From positions 1 through 62,627 of the IMG/VR virus record IMGVR_UViG_3300025115_000633: a DNA stretch of 62,627 nucleotides. One strand, written 5' to 3'. The notes beneath the pieces are model-generated. The model searched no databases and was not told the origin of the DNA. It saw nothing but the letters and a program-made list of their open reading frames with translations. Shown here one piece after another: positions 1 to 9,363 of this stretch (its first letter is position 1; each line of letters opens with the position of its first letter). The DNA comes from a virus. Its lineage: Duplodnaviria; Caudoviricetes. Made by a program: the position numbers and the translations under genes.

Positions 1-8
1 CTTGAAGG

Positions 9-431
9 TTGGGTAGAGTGTCGCCAATACCGTTAAACAAAGCCTTGGACATCCTGCTCAATGAGAGTGAAGCTCCGGAGGACATGAACTGGGGTGATGC
101 AGGTTTGACAAAATATAGTTTGGGGACTGTGCACGTCAACTTTACCAAGATAGGTTTTGATATTGAGATAGAGGCAGCGGTGGCAGTAGGCGATGGGAAC
201 AGTACTGAAGTTGTCACCTCGAGTGGACACACAATCAAGCCGGGCAAACATTATAACTTGTATTCTTCGCCTTCGGAAATTTTGCCCCACGCACGTAAAG
301 AGTTGAGAGACTTAAAAAGACGGCTTTTTGCAAAAGGCATACAGGAGAACGAAACTGATTGGAGGAACAAGTATATTGCGGCAGAGGAGCAGGCAGAAAG
401 GACGTTTGAACATATCTTATCTCATTTGTAG
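9..431 (+). CDS. hypothetical protein (5' end possibly outside window)
   Basis: Open frame at the window edge, ending just before the GT2 gene; no motif recognised. Confidence 0.55.
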   Translation: MGRVSPIPLNKALDILLNESEAPEDMNWGDAGLTKYSLGTVHVNFTKIGFDIEIEAAVAVGDGNSTEVVTSSGHTIKPGKHYNLYSSPSEILPHARKELRDLKRRLFAKGIQENETDWRNKYIAAEEQAERTFEHILSHL

Positions 432-448
432 AAAGTTTTGAGGGCAAT

Positions 449-1150
449 ATGCATGTGACAATCCTGATGCCCGCATATAACCGGGCAAACTTTATCTCCG
501 AAGCAATCAAATCGGTCTTTGACCAGACGTATAAGGATTGGGATATCCTTGTTGTTGATGACGGGTCGACAGACGGTACGGCGGATAAGGTGATAGAGTG
601 GATGTCGGATCAACCTATCACTCTTATTAAAACCAAGCACGGAGGTTGCGCACATGCAACCAAGATAGGGCTTGAGAAAGCGAAAGGCCCTATTATTACT
701 GTTCTCGATTCCGATGACCGGCTTTTGCCCCTTTCGTTAGCTGTAGTCGTCCCACATTTTAAGACCAACCCAAAACTAGGGTATCTGTGGACGCAGTTCG
801 TGAAATCAAACGGAGGGGCAGGATGGAGTAAGGGACTGCCAAAAGGGAAAAATTTGAGGCAAGCTTTGGAAAATGGTTGGTGGAGCGCCAGCCACCAGCG
901 GTTTTTACGGAAGGACGCTTATCTTAAAACCAAAGGGCTTGATGCCGCATACCCGTGCGCAGTTGACCTTCAGCTTGTTCTGCTTTTAGCAAACACCGAC
1001 TGTGAAACAAAACATGTTTCTGTGCCAACCTATTGGTATAGATTTCATCCTAAAATGATGACAAGGGTGGACAAAAGTTTGCAAAGGGACTGCGCTAAAC
1101 AACTTATTGAGATGTCAAAAAATAAAGTGTTTGAAGTCGGTCAAGTTTAA
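449..1150 (+). CDS. glycosyltransferase family 2
   Basis: VTILMPAYN...VVDDGSTD...LDSDD GT-A motifs. Confidence 0.92.
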   Translation: MHVTILMPAYNRANFISEAIKSVFDQTYKDWDILVVDDGSTDGTADKVIEWMSDQPITLIKTKHGGCAHATKIGLEKAKGPIITVLDSDDRLLPLSLAVVVPHFKTNPKLGYLWTQFVKSNGGAGWSKGLPKGKNLRQALENGWWSASHQRFLRKDAYLKTKGLDAAYPCAVDLQLVLLLANTDCETKHVSVPTYWYRFHPKMMTRVDKSLQRDCAKQLIEMSKNKVFEVGQV

Positions 1151-1168
1151 TGCCCTGCCCGGTATAAT
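1145..1168 (+). promoter_or_regulatory. phage promoter motif GTTTAA-N12-TATAAT, copy 1
   Basis: gtttaa-tgccctgcccgg-tataat, 21 nt upstream of ATG 1190; same motif recurs at 43941, 45710, 49079 and 61415. Confidence 0.8.
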
Positions 1169-1189
1169 GAAGCTTAGAAAGGGTTTAGT

Positions 1190-1810
1190 ATGAGAATACG
1201 GAGTTACGCCAGAGTGGGGGGGCCGGATAGAGAGTTTGCTGTAGAGACTGAACAAGGATGGTTAACATATATTAACGTCGGGCAATCGGCTTATGATGAG
1301 TTTGTTGAGGACCTTCGTAGGCGTCCTAACGATCACGATTATGCTCTGTGGAGATTGGTAGGAAAAAATAATGCGGAACTAAAGACTAAGCCGGAATTTT
1401 CATCCCCTCCACCTCCTCCTGCCAAAGATGAGTATTCGGTATCAGCTACAGGAGATGTGGTGGTTGGAGACATAATCAAATTTAATGAATCTGTGTTTGT
1501 TTGGAGTTTTAAGAAAGCTAAGTATAAGGGCGAAAGGACGGTCGAGGCGGAGGTTGTTAAGGATTCTTATGGGGCTAAAACTCAGCAGCATACGTTCACA
1601 TTAAAGATAATCTCAGCCCAAGGGATTGATGCATACACGCTTCCACCAGGCAAGCTGACGACCCGCAAGGGTCGAAATTTGTATAAGAAAGGCGTGAATC
1701 GCAAGCCCTGGCCAGACGAGTCGAAACGGGAAACGGTGGCTGATGAGAAACATCTTAGAGGTAAAGAGGCGAGAGATAAGCGACAGAGGCGGTTGTTTGG
1801 AGAAGAGTGA
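1190..1810 (+). CDS. hypothetical protein with domain resembling plant SAP/CCCH-62 protein domain (KDSYGAKxQQHTFT...KGRNLY)
   Basis: Motifs TGDVVVGD, VVKDSYGAKTQQHTFT, KGRNLYK, EKHLRG. Confidence 0.65.
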   Translation: MRIRSYARVGGPDREFAVETEQGWLTYINVGQSAYDEFVEDLRRRPNDHDYALWRLVGKNNAELKTKPEFSSPPPPPAKDEYSVSATGDVVVGDIIKFNESVFVWSFKKAKYKGERTVEAEVVKDSYGAKTQQHTFTLKIISAQGIDAYTLPPGKLTTRKGRNLYKKGVNRKPWPDESKRETVADEKHLRGKEARDKRQRRLFGEE

Positions 1811-1823
1811 GAGGGTAAGTTTA

Positions 1824-2381
1824 ATGCATGTGTTCGTGCTTAACACCGGTAGGTGCGGGTCAGTTACGTTTTATAAAGCCTGCAGCCACATTACCAATTT
1901 TACCTGTGGTCATGAAACTAAAACGTCTTTAACCGGGCGTGACCGTTTGAGGTACAGTGATAATCATATTGAGGTGGATAATCGCCTGTCTTGGCTATTG
2001 GGTAGGTTGGACGGGGAGTTTGGCGACACGGCGTTTTATGTGCATTTGTTCAGGGACGCAGATGCTGTCGCACGGAGTTATTCTAAACGAGCCGTTTCAG
2101 GTATAGCCTTTGCTCATGGGATTATGAGGGCACATGCGGAAGTGCTGTTGTATGTTAATCCCCTTATGCATCCAATGGAGCTGGCCCGTGACATGGTAAA
2201 TACTGTCAGGTCAAACATACAGATGTTCTTGAAAGACAAGACCCACAAAATGAATTTTAAACTGGAGAATTATAAAGAGGATTTCCCAAAATTTTGGGCG
2301 GCTATAAACGCCCAGGGGGATTATCAGGCGGCACTTGATGAGTTTTTGGTCCGTCATAATGCCAGCCCCGAGGTTCAATGA
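1824..2381 (+). CDS. sulfotransferase-like (P-loop) protein
   Basis: N-terminal VFVLNTGRCGSVTF...HE resembles the sulfotransferase 5'-PSB loop; HLFRD...RSY resembles the 3'-PB motif; ATG 1824 preferred over 1743. Confidence 0.65.
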   Translation: MHVFVLNTGRCGSVTFYKACSHITNFTCGHETKTSLTGRDRLRYSDNHIEVDNRLSWLLGRLDGEFGDTAFYVHLFRDADAVARSYSKRAVSGIAFAHGIMRAHAEVLLYVNPLMHPMELARDMVNTVRSNIQMFLKDKTHKMNFKLENYKEDFPKFWAAINAQGDYQAALDEFLVRHNASPEVQ

Positions 2382-2382
2382 C

Positions 2383-3054
2383 GTGCATGTAACTGTGCTA
2401 ATACCCGCATATAATCGAGCCAAGTACATTAAACATGCGGTTAAATCCGTATGTTATCAGACGTATAAAGACTGGGATTTGCTTGTGGTGGATGATGGGT
2501 CTACGGATGATACGGAACTCGAAGCCGTGAAAGCGGCAGAGGGTCATGCGATTACTGTAGTTAGCATTGAGCACGGTGGTTGTGCTAAGGCTACCCGTGT
2601 AGGTATCGAGCATGCCAGTGGCCCGCTTATCTCTATATTAGATTCGGATGACACACTGTTTGCCGAGGCTTTGGAGACGGTGGTGCCTCCGTTTGAGGCC
2701 GATGAGAACCTCGCATATTTGTGGACAAACCTTATTAAATCTACAGGGGAACTGGGTCCAGGTCAGTCTCTACCCGAGGGCAAAACTTTATACGAGGCTC
2801 TTAAAGGCGGCTGGTGGGCGTGTTCAGCCCAACGGGTGTTTAGGAAGTCTTTTTATTTAAAGACATCTGGAATAGACATAACGATACCCAAAGCCGTGGA
2901 TTTGCAGTTGGCTTTTCTGATGTCGATATCTGGAGGCAAGTCCCTGCATATTCCAAAAGTAACATACTGGTATCGTCAGCATGATGGCCAGATGAGCATT
3001 GATCTTAATAAAGAGCAATACGCTTGTGATAAAAAGTTGAGGAGAAAGTTTTGA
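2383..3054 (+). CDS. glycosyltransferase family 2 (paralog of 449..1150)
   Basis: VTVLIPAYN, VVDDGSTD, LDSDD; colinear with the 449 protein; GTG 2383 follows GAGG. Confidence 0.92.
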   Translation: MHVTVLIPAYNRAKYIKHAVKSVCYQTYKDWDLLVVDDGSTDDTELEAVKAAEGHAITVVSIEHGGCAKATRVGIEHASGPLISILDSDDTLFAEALETVVPPFEADENLAYLWTNLIKSTGELGPGQSLPEGKTLYEALKGGWWACSAQRVFRKSFYLKTSGIDITIPKAVDLQLAFLMSISGGKSLHIPKVTYWYRQHDGQMSIDLNKEQYACDKKLRRKF

Positions 3055-3911
3055 ACGTTCTTGTGGCTATGGACGATGGTATGGGTAATGGTCTTATGAC
3101 TACGCCCATGATTCAGATCGTTCATGCTAACGGGCATACTGTAGACGTTGTTTGTAGTTATGTCAGATGTCAGGAGATAGCCTTTAAGCATTGGGACTGC
3201 GTTAAAAATGTTTTTGATGTAAATCAGATGCGGTCGAAAATGGTTTATGATGCGGCTCTTTGGAGCTGGAATTTAAAAAACCTCAGGTCTGTTGTTAAAG
3301 CTAAACTCCACTACATGTTCTCAGTTCCAGGTAAAGATTCAGATGATTGGATAAAGAGGTTTAAAAAACATGAGGTTTTATACAACGTTGACCAGGCTTT
3401 GAAAATAGGCTGTAAATTTGATGAGGTGCCGAAACTCAGGGTGTACAGTAATCCCGTGGAAGTGAATCTGAAGAAGGTGGCTATTGGTATAGGGTATTTG
3501 AAAAGTAAGCCTCATTGGAAGGTTAAGTGGATAGCCAAACATTGGGGCAATGATAACTTCCGCAATTTGTGCGATAAACTTTTGGCCGCTGGATTAATCC
3601 CTGTGGTGGTGGGGGATGCAAAGGATTATGATGATGACGGTCACCATATAATGTTACCAGGGATGCAAACGGTTTGTGGCAGGCCTCTCCAGCAAGTGGT
3701 GGATGAAATAGCAAAATGTTCCCTATACGTGGGTAATGATACGGGTCTTATGCACGTGGCGGCTGCGTTGGGAAAGCCATGTGTTGCCAGCTTTCAGATG
3801 GGTTCGATGCTGAAGAATCATCCGTGGGAAGTTCCTTGGATAGGTTTTCAAACAAAGCCGAATGTTGACCAGATGTTCAAAGCCGTTATGCAGTTGAGAG
3901 GTGAAAAATGA
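3051..3911 (+). CDS. glycosyltransferase family 9 (heptosyltransferase-like)
   Basis: DGMGNGLMTTP start; VGNDTGLMHVAAALGKP GT9 signature. Confidence 0.9.
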   Translation: MNVLVAMDDGMGNGLMTTPMIQIVHANGHTVDVVCSYVRCQEIAFKHWDCVKNVFDVNQMRSKMVYDAALWSWNLKNLRSVVKAKLHYMFSVPGKDSDDWIKRFKKHEVLYNVDQALKIGCKFDEVPKLRVYSNPVEVNLKKVAIGIGYLKSKPHWKVKWIAKHWGNDNFRNLCDKLLAAGLIPVVVGDAKDYDDDGHHIMLPGMQTVCGRPLQQVVDEIAKCSLYVGNDTGLMHVAAALGKPCVASFQMGSMLKNHPWEVPWIGFQTKPNVDQMFKAVMQLRGEK

Positions 3912-4678
3912 AATACGCTGTCGGTATCCCGACCTGTGATCGACCGAAAGAACTGAAGCGAGTTGTCGAGGCTTTTCTGGGACAAACAGTGTCTCCCAGT
4001 ATGATAGTGATTGTGAATAACAATTCCAATAATTTTGGTGTTTGGCATGATGCCGATTTTTGCACGGCACTGGCCACTAAGAAGGGTATTTTGGTGGCTC
4101 GTAATAATTATCCTACACTAGGTCCCGAACAGGCACATCAGACGTGCCTTGATTATTGGATTAACAAAAACTTAGATATCGCCGTCAGATGGGACGACGA
4201 CTTGGTTCCGGCCACATCCTGTATGGAAAACCTGTTATCCCACTTTGGCGACCCCAACATTAACTGCGTCGGCGGTTGTTACCCAAGAGAAGGTAAGCCG
4301 GTGTGGGAGGGTGGACCTTTAGGCGGACTACCTTCACCGGATGGTAACCCTAATCATGTGCAGTTCTTTGAGTGGGGGCAGGCCACGCTACCTCTTCCAG
4401 TTAAGAGCCTCTATAGCGGATTTGCTTACAGGGTTAAGAAGATGGTTGAGGTGGGCGGCTTTTGCACTGAGTATTCTAGGATGGGTTTCCGTGGGGAGAC
4501 TGATGCCACACTCAGGTTGGGTGGTTGCCTGGTTGAACCCAAAGCCATAGCACTACACTTGCTGGCAAAAGGTGGAATCCGAGCTTTTGGCACAGACGAA
4601 CTTCAGAGGTTGGACACAAAGCTTTTTGAGCATAGAATGAAGGACTTGGGTATAGTTGTAGGAGAAAAGCACGTATGA
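3908..4678 (+). CDS. glycosyltransferase family 2
   Basis: VGIPTCDRP, IVIVNN, WDDD, VGGF...GETD. Confidence 0.85.
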   Translation: MKYAVGIPTCDRPKELKRVVEAFLGQTVSPSMIVIVNNNSNNFGVWHDADFCTALATKKGILVARNNYPTLGPEQAHQTCLDYWINKNLDIAVRWDDDLVPATSCMENLLSHFGDPNINCVGGCYPREGKPVWEGGPLGGLPSPDGNPNHVQFFEWGQATLPLPVKSLYSGFAYRVKKMVEVGGFCTEYSRMGFRGETDATLRLGGCLVEPKAIALHLLAKGGIRAFGTDELQRLDTKLFEHRMKDLGIVVGEKHV

Positions 4679-4812
4679 GTGACGGGGCTTTGTTTTTACG
4701 TAATTTGATAGATGCGGTTAAGTCTGGGCAGGCGGAGCCGGCGGCGACGGTAGAATATTTTGAGTTTGACGGCAGAAGGGGAGAATGGGTTCTGGCACGA
4801 AAGAGCAAATGA
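4675..4812 (+). CDS. small hypothetical protein (45 aa, MSDGALFLRN...ARKSK)
   Basis: Not in ORF track; ATGA overlaps at both ends (4675-4678 and 4809-4812) and an AGGAG SD upstream. Confidence 0.6.
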   Translation: MSDGALFLRNLIDAVKSGQAEPAATVEYFEFDGRRGEWVLARKSK

Positions 4813-5717
4813 GCAGAATCGTAATAGTCGTTGACACGTCGCTGGATGAAAGATGGGGAGGTGTCCCCATGCATGCCAGCCATTTGATGACGGCTTTCCC
4901 TGATGCCACCCTGGTCACCAGCAGACGTATGGGTTGTGAAGGCATTAAGAACCTTAAAGATCGGGCTGAGGCTTTAGGCTCAACTGCCGTAAAACGTGGA
5001 TTGGTGAATGCGGATGATATCATTATCGCCGATGGGTTTTGGGGCATGGGCTTTCCTAACCAGAGAAACGTGGTAATTGTGGTTCACGGCCTGTTGGAGA
5101 GCAGCTATCATGGTCATCCGCTATCAAAGCTTCAGATTGAATGCATCAAGTCCTGCAAACATTTAGTAGCTGTCGGCCCACTTCCGGCTTTTGAGGTGAC
5201 GGAACAGTGTGGGTGTTCTGTTGATGCTGTGATATTGAACTCTGTCGATGTTGATTTGTTTAAGCCGTCAGATGCCATTAACCCTAAAACCGTTGCGGTG
5301 TCTTGGAAAGGTGAGGACGATGACGGGATTAAGAATCAATTAGCAGATAGGCTACCGGGCTTTGAGTTCAATTTGGTTAAAGGGGCTTGGCCTGATGACA
5401 TAGCGGGTGCTCTTAAACGAAGTGGAGTACTTGTTCATCTGTCGAAATACGAAGGCAACAGTTATGCCGTGCTTGAGGCTATGGCATGTGGCTTACCTAT
5501 TGTCGGTACTCCTGTGGGTCTTCTATGGCGGTCAGGGGGCGAGTTTGGACCAAGTGTTCTTAAATCAGCATCAATGGACGATGTCGTAAATGCCGTGTTG
5601 GTGGCTTTGGAGCATCGTGATAAGTTTGGCAAATATAACCGAATGTGGGTCGAAGCTAACGCAACGCTGCCGATGTTTATTGCTAACTGGCAGAAATACC
5701 TAGGGAGCATAGTTTGA
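4809..5717 (+). CDS. glycosyltransferase family 4 (GT-B)
   Basis: WGGV, VHG, NSVDVDLF, SKYEGNSYAVLEAMACGLPIV. Confidence 0.9.
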   Translation: MSRIVIVVDTSLDERWGGVPMHASHLMTAFPDATLVTSRRMGCEGIKNLKDRAEALGSTAVKRGLVNADDIIIADGFWGMGFPNQRNVVIVVHGLLESSYHGHPLSKLQIECIKSCKHLVAVGPLPAFEVTEQCGCSVDAVILNSVDVDLFKPSDAINPKTVAVSWKGEDDDGIKNQLADRLPGFEFNLVKGAWPDDIAGALKRSGVLVHLSKYEGNSYAVLEAMACGLPIVGTPVGLLWRSGGEFGPSVLKSASMDDVVNAVLVALEHRDKFGKYNRMWVEANATLPMFIANWQKYLGSIV

Positions 5718-6697
5718 AGATTTTGCATTTGGCTTATGCCGCAGCTACAACGCCCCCTGTGGATTATGGGGGAACGGAACGCCTGCTTTATCCTACGCTT
5801 AAAGGGCAGGTTGAGCGTGGGCATCAGGTCTGGCTACACAGCCACCCGAATTCCAAGATTCCTGGAGTGGTGACAGTCGGCTGTGATGTTGATTCAGCCA
5901 CCCAAGTTCAGCAGGCGATAGACGTTGTGAAGTCTTTAAAACCGGACATTATCCATGACCATACCCAATGGAACGGGTTGGGTTTTGATAACACGGGTGT
6001 GCGGGTAGTGAGAACCTTTCATGGAGATCCTCATTTAAAATATAGAAGCAGGTATGGTGTAAGGAAGGATATCATCCCCACATTTCTTTCAGCCGGCTTT
6101 GCCAAGTTTTATGGTATGCCCGATGCCATAATAACCCGAATGCCTTTTACGTTAAACCCTATGGCGGGTTGCCCGTTTAACCCTGATGGCAGGGCAAGTC
6201 ATTTACTTTTCGTAGGCTCAATAGCGGATTTTAAGGGGGCGCATATAGCTATACGGTGGGCTGAGATGATGGACAGAAAGCTAACTATGATGGGGCCGTG
6301 CCCACATAATCAATCTCAATTCTTTAAAGACCAGATACAGCCGTCAATAGCATCCAAGCATGTGACTTATATGGGTTCGGTTAAAGATGATGTTAAATGG
6401 AAAGCCCTCTGCGAGGCTCATGCTTTGCTGGTTCCGTCGATTTGTGAGGAGGGGCTTTCGATAGTTGTGGCGGAAGCCATGCTTGCTGGCTGCCCCGTTC
6501 TCGGGCATCCGGTTGGTGGCATACCCGAAACTCTCGGGGACTGGGGCGGACGTGCCACCTATAACCTGACAGAGGTGGTAAAGTTCGATGAGTGGTTAAA
6601 GAGCAGATACAAGCCAGAGATGGCAAGGCAACGGGTTATGGATTTGTTTGATGTAAATACTTGTTTAAATAGAATAGAGGAGGTTTATCGTGGCTAA
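5714..6697 (+). CDS. glycosyltransferase family 4 (GT-B)
   Basis: PPVDYGGTER, KGAHIAI, EEGLSIVVAEAMLAGCPV. Confidence 0.92.
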   Translation: MKILHLAYAAATTPPVDYGGTERLLYPTLKGQVERGHQVWLHSHPNSKIPGVVTVGCDVDSATQVQQAIDVVKSLKPDIIHDHTQWNGLGFDNTGVRVVRTFHGDPHLKYRSRYGVRKDIIPTFLSAGFAKFYGMPDAIITRMPFTLNPMAGCPFNPDGRASHLLFVGSIADFKGAHIAIRWAEMMDRKLTMMGPCPHNQSQFFKDQIQPSIASKHVTYMGSVKDDVKWKALCEAHALLVPSICEEGLSIVVAEAMLAGCPVLGHPVGGIPETLGDWGGRATYNLTEVVKFDEWLKSRYKPEMARQRVMDLFDVNTCLNRIEEVYRG

Positions 6698-7016
6698 GCT
6701 TGCGGGTGTGGCGGGAGATGCCTATCCAGTTCGGAATTGGCGTGTTGGCGACCTGCCTGACGGCAGGACGATGCCCACTCTATGGGGTCAGCCGATAGAG
6801 CAGATACTTAGTGCTTTACCAGCATCGGTGGATTTAGCGATACTCCGTAAGGAACTGTCTGTACTCATGTATCACGGAGTCGCATCTAAGTCTCCAAAAG
6901 GATGGGATATATCGTGGGAGATGTTTGTGCGTCAAATGGCATATGTGTCTCGGAGAGTTGAGGACAAAAGCATAGCATGTTTGACGCCAGAGGAACTTTT
7001 AAGGAGAAACGAATGA
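6690..7016 (+). CDS. hypothetical protein with partial polysaccharide-deacetylase-like segment
   Basis: VLMYHGV...ISWEMFVRQMAYV resembles the PgaB/NodB-type element, but no TFDDG catalytic motif. Confidence 0.5.
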   Translation: MAKLAGVAGDAYPVRNWRVGDLPDGRTMPTLWGQPIEQILSALPASVDLAILRKELSVLMYHGVASKSPKGWDISWEMFVRQMAYVSRRVEDKSIACLTPEELLRRNE

Positions 7017-7294
7017 GCGAATTGGGAGAAAAATTGGTGCCTAAAGGTATTACGATGTTGGTTGACGGATGTTGGAATTGTATTCATCGCAATCAGTTTC
7101 ATTGCGGGTTTGCACCCGTCCAACCTCAACTAATAGGGGCTAACGGGGATACTTCCGAGATGATGAAGTGGACCCAGAAATGGGCAGCAGTGCCTTTTGG
7201 CAAGTGTGAACTGTGGGCTAAGACCCCCGTTGATATCCCTGTTAAAGCGGGGGTGTTCGCTGAAATTAAGGAGAAGACAGATGATCAACAGTAA
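7013..7294 (+). CDS. hypothetical Cys-containing protein
   Basis: AAGGAG SD; ATGA overlap; CWNC...C...C. Confidence 0.65.
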   Translation: MSELGEKLVPKGITMLVDGCWNCIHRNQFHCGFAPVQPQLIGANGDTSEMMKWTQKWAAVPFGKCELWAKTPVDIPVKAGVFAEIKEKTDDQQ

Positions 7295-7454
7295 TGATAT
7301 CCCGTATTGGGGGGATGAAGATCCTGAATTTGGTACATGTGAAGAGTGTGGAGAAGAACGCGACGTAATTCTCATCGAACATCCTATAACCAAAGAAGAT
7401 GTTTGGCTATGTGAGGATTGTTATACTGACTTGTTGGACGAGGTGGAATTTTGA
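7281..7454 (+). CDS. small zinc-ribbon protein
   Basis: AAGGAG SD before ATG 7281; CEEC...CEDC. Confidence 0.65.
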   Translation: MINSNDIPYWGDEDPEFGTCEECGEERDVILIEHPITKEDVWLCEDCYTDLLDEVEF

Positions 7455-8272
7455 CCAACCTGCTTGTATGCATACGATGCCACAAATATCCTACGCTCGT
7501 GGAGGACACCATCAGTAGCGTTAAATGGGCTACTGACAGTTCTTTCACGAAGATAATGCTTGCCGTCGACGGGCAATCTTCAATCTCGTCCAAGTTCGCC
7601 GGCAGGGGCGACCTGAAGGTTTATGCGTCGAACAAGCGGTGGGGGTGGGGTGCCGGACTGTACGGTTTAATGGCTGAAAGCATAAGCTGGGCGGAAAAGA
7701 ACTTCTCGTTTGACCATTTCCTGTCCATAGATTACGATGCCCTTTTCATTAAGCAAAAGGCGGATGTGGCGTTATTAACCCTGATAGATTCTGAAGATGT
7801 GGGGTTGATTGGAGCACATGAACCTGACAGTGTTAGGGGTAAGGCTTCGGTCAAATCTTCATGGAATGGGGTAATATCCGCTTTCGGGGAGCCGTCATCT
7901 AACTATATCTTTGGTGAGGGAGTGCAGGGCGGGTGCATGCTCCTTACTCGCAGGGCTATCAATGAGATGGCCGCCAGGGGGATGTTTGACGGCAACTTCA
8001 AGAAAGCCAAGGAATTTGTGAGGATAACTGATGACCGCCTGCTCCCAATGTTCGTAAGGATGTGTGGGCTGACGATTAAAGATTGTAAGTTAATCAGGTG
8101 CGAGTGGACGGCCTCAGGAGATCCGAGAGGTTTGGAGAGTAAAGGGATTTACCTTATCCACCCGACTAAGCTTCGACCCAAAGGGTCTACGGTGGCTACG
8201 GAAGTGACGATGCGGAATTACTTTAGGAAGATACGGGGCGAAAACCCGTTACCGCTTACATTAAAGGAGTAA
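7451..8272 (+). CDS. putative glycosyltransferase (GT-A-like)
   Basis: LVCIRCH...LAVDG...FLSIDYD (DxD)...GGCMLL...DD; located in GT cluster. Confidence 0.6.
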   Translation: MTNLLVCIRCHKYPTLVEDTISSVKWATDSSFTKIMLAVDGQSSISSKFAGRGDLKVYASNKRWGWGAGLYGLMAESISWAEKNFSFDHFLSIDYDALFIKQKADVALLTLIDSEDVGLIGAHEPDSVRGKASVKSSWNGVISAFGEPSSNYIFGEGVQGGCMLLTRRAINEMAARGMFDGNFKKAKEFVRITDDRLLPMFVRMCGLTIKDCKLIRCEWTASGDPRGLESKGIYLIHPTKLRPKGSTVATEVTMRNYFRKIRGENPLPLTLKE

Positions 8273-8275
8273 CCT

Positions 8276-8719
8276 ATGCCGAACAGTATTGTTGAGCTGA
8301 TGCGTCCTTGTGGGGATAAGCTGCACCTCGTTTTTCAGGAGGATGGCAGGATGTCATCTGCGGAGATGGAGTTGGTTGGTGGACGACGCAATAATGTTGC
8401 CGCATATCTTCCGGCGTTGAATGCAGATAATGCTGAGGTGTATCTGGAACGTTTTGGCTTCTGGCCGACTGACGATTGGAAAAAAGAGCAACTTGAACTG
8501 GCAAAAGAAGTTAATGCAAAGGTGGCACGTCACGGTTTATTTGTAGAGGCCATACATAAAGGTGCAATAACGCTGTCTTTGTTGACGGAAAGACATCTGC
8601 CAGTCCCCACAGCGGCGATGATTGTCCAAAAAGATGAAAACACTAGACGGTTTTGTTTGGTTCGGGAATTTGTTCCTGACGTATCCAAGAGTGTGCTTCA
8701 CGATCTTAACGAGAGTTAA
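8276..8719 (+). CDS. hypothetical protein
   Basis: AAGGAG SD; last gene before an AT-rich intergenic gap. Confidence 0.7.
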   Translation: MPNSIVELMRPCGDKLHLVFQEDGRMSSAEMELVGGRRNNVAAYLPALNADNAEVYLERFGFWPTDDWKKEQLELAKEVNAKVARHGLFVEAIHKGAITLSLLTERHLPVPTAAMIVQKDENTRRFCLVREFVPDVSKSVLHDLNES

Positions 8720-8803
8720 ACCCATCTAAAAGTCTTAAATTATTAAAATTTTTGATTTTTTTGCCCCTTATTTTGCAAACCCTTTCAAAATAAAAAGTTA
8801 CCT

Positions 8804-8811
8804 CGTATAAG
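8804..8811 (+). promoter_or_regulatory. candidate late-promoter element CGTATAAG before head module
   Basis: End of AT-rich gap 8720-8817; the same octamer is at 22823 before the tail module. Confidence 0.4.
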
Positions 8812-8817
8812 CATTGT

Positions 8818-9363
8818 ATGAGGAGATTGTATCCGCGTAGACGAGATATAACGGAGGAGTTTGGGCTTGAACCAGCTCAAAGTTTTGGGGTGGGAATACC
8901 CAATCCGAGTAAGGCTACGCAGGGGGCAGTTGAGCCGGTCACGCCAGATCATTCCACTCCAGTAGGCGAAGTCGTCGATAAGCTGATTGAATTTGTGAAC
9001 GGGCAGGGTCTTTTATCTAGTTATGTTGGCGTAGAATATGATTCCAACACAATGGACATATGGCTTTATTTCTCGAAAGAGGCCGAGCAAGAGGAGTTAG
9101 AAGCCCTCGCTGATACTATCCGTAATTCCAAATACGCCCAGCATGTCGATGTAATGCCACATCAGGGTAAAGAAAGCTCATGGATTATAGCTGTAGGCAA
9201 AACCCGTCCTGCTGGAAACCCTAAGTTGAATGGCGATGTGGGGTTCGCTATCAGCACATTCTCAGGCACAATGGATGTTACCAATGCTCAGGGGCAGAAC
9301 AATAATGCTCCTGCGATGAGTGGGCAACTCTCAACTCTACCTAATTCTCAGGAGCCGACGTGA
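8818..9363 (+). CDS. hypothetical protein (head module)
   Basis: ORF at start of the head cluster. Confidence 0.7.
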   Translation: MRRLYPRRRDITEEFGLEPAQSFGVGIPNPSKATQGAVEPVTPDHSTPVGEVVDKLIEFVNGQGLLSSYVGVEYDSNTMDIWLYFSKEAEQEELEALADTIRNSKYAQHVDVMPHQGKESSWIIAVGKTRPAGNPKLNGDVGFAISTFSGTMDVTNAQGQNNNAPAMSGQLSTLPNSQEPT

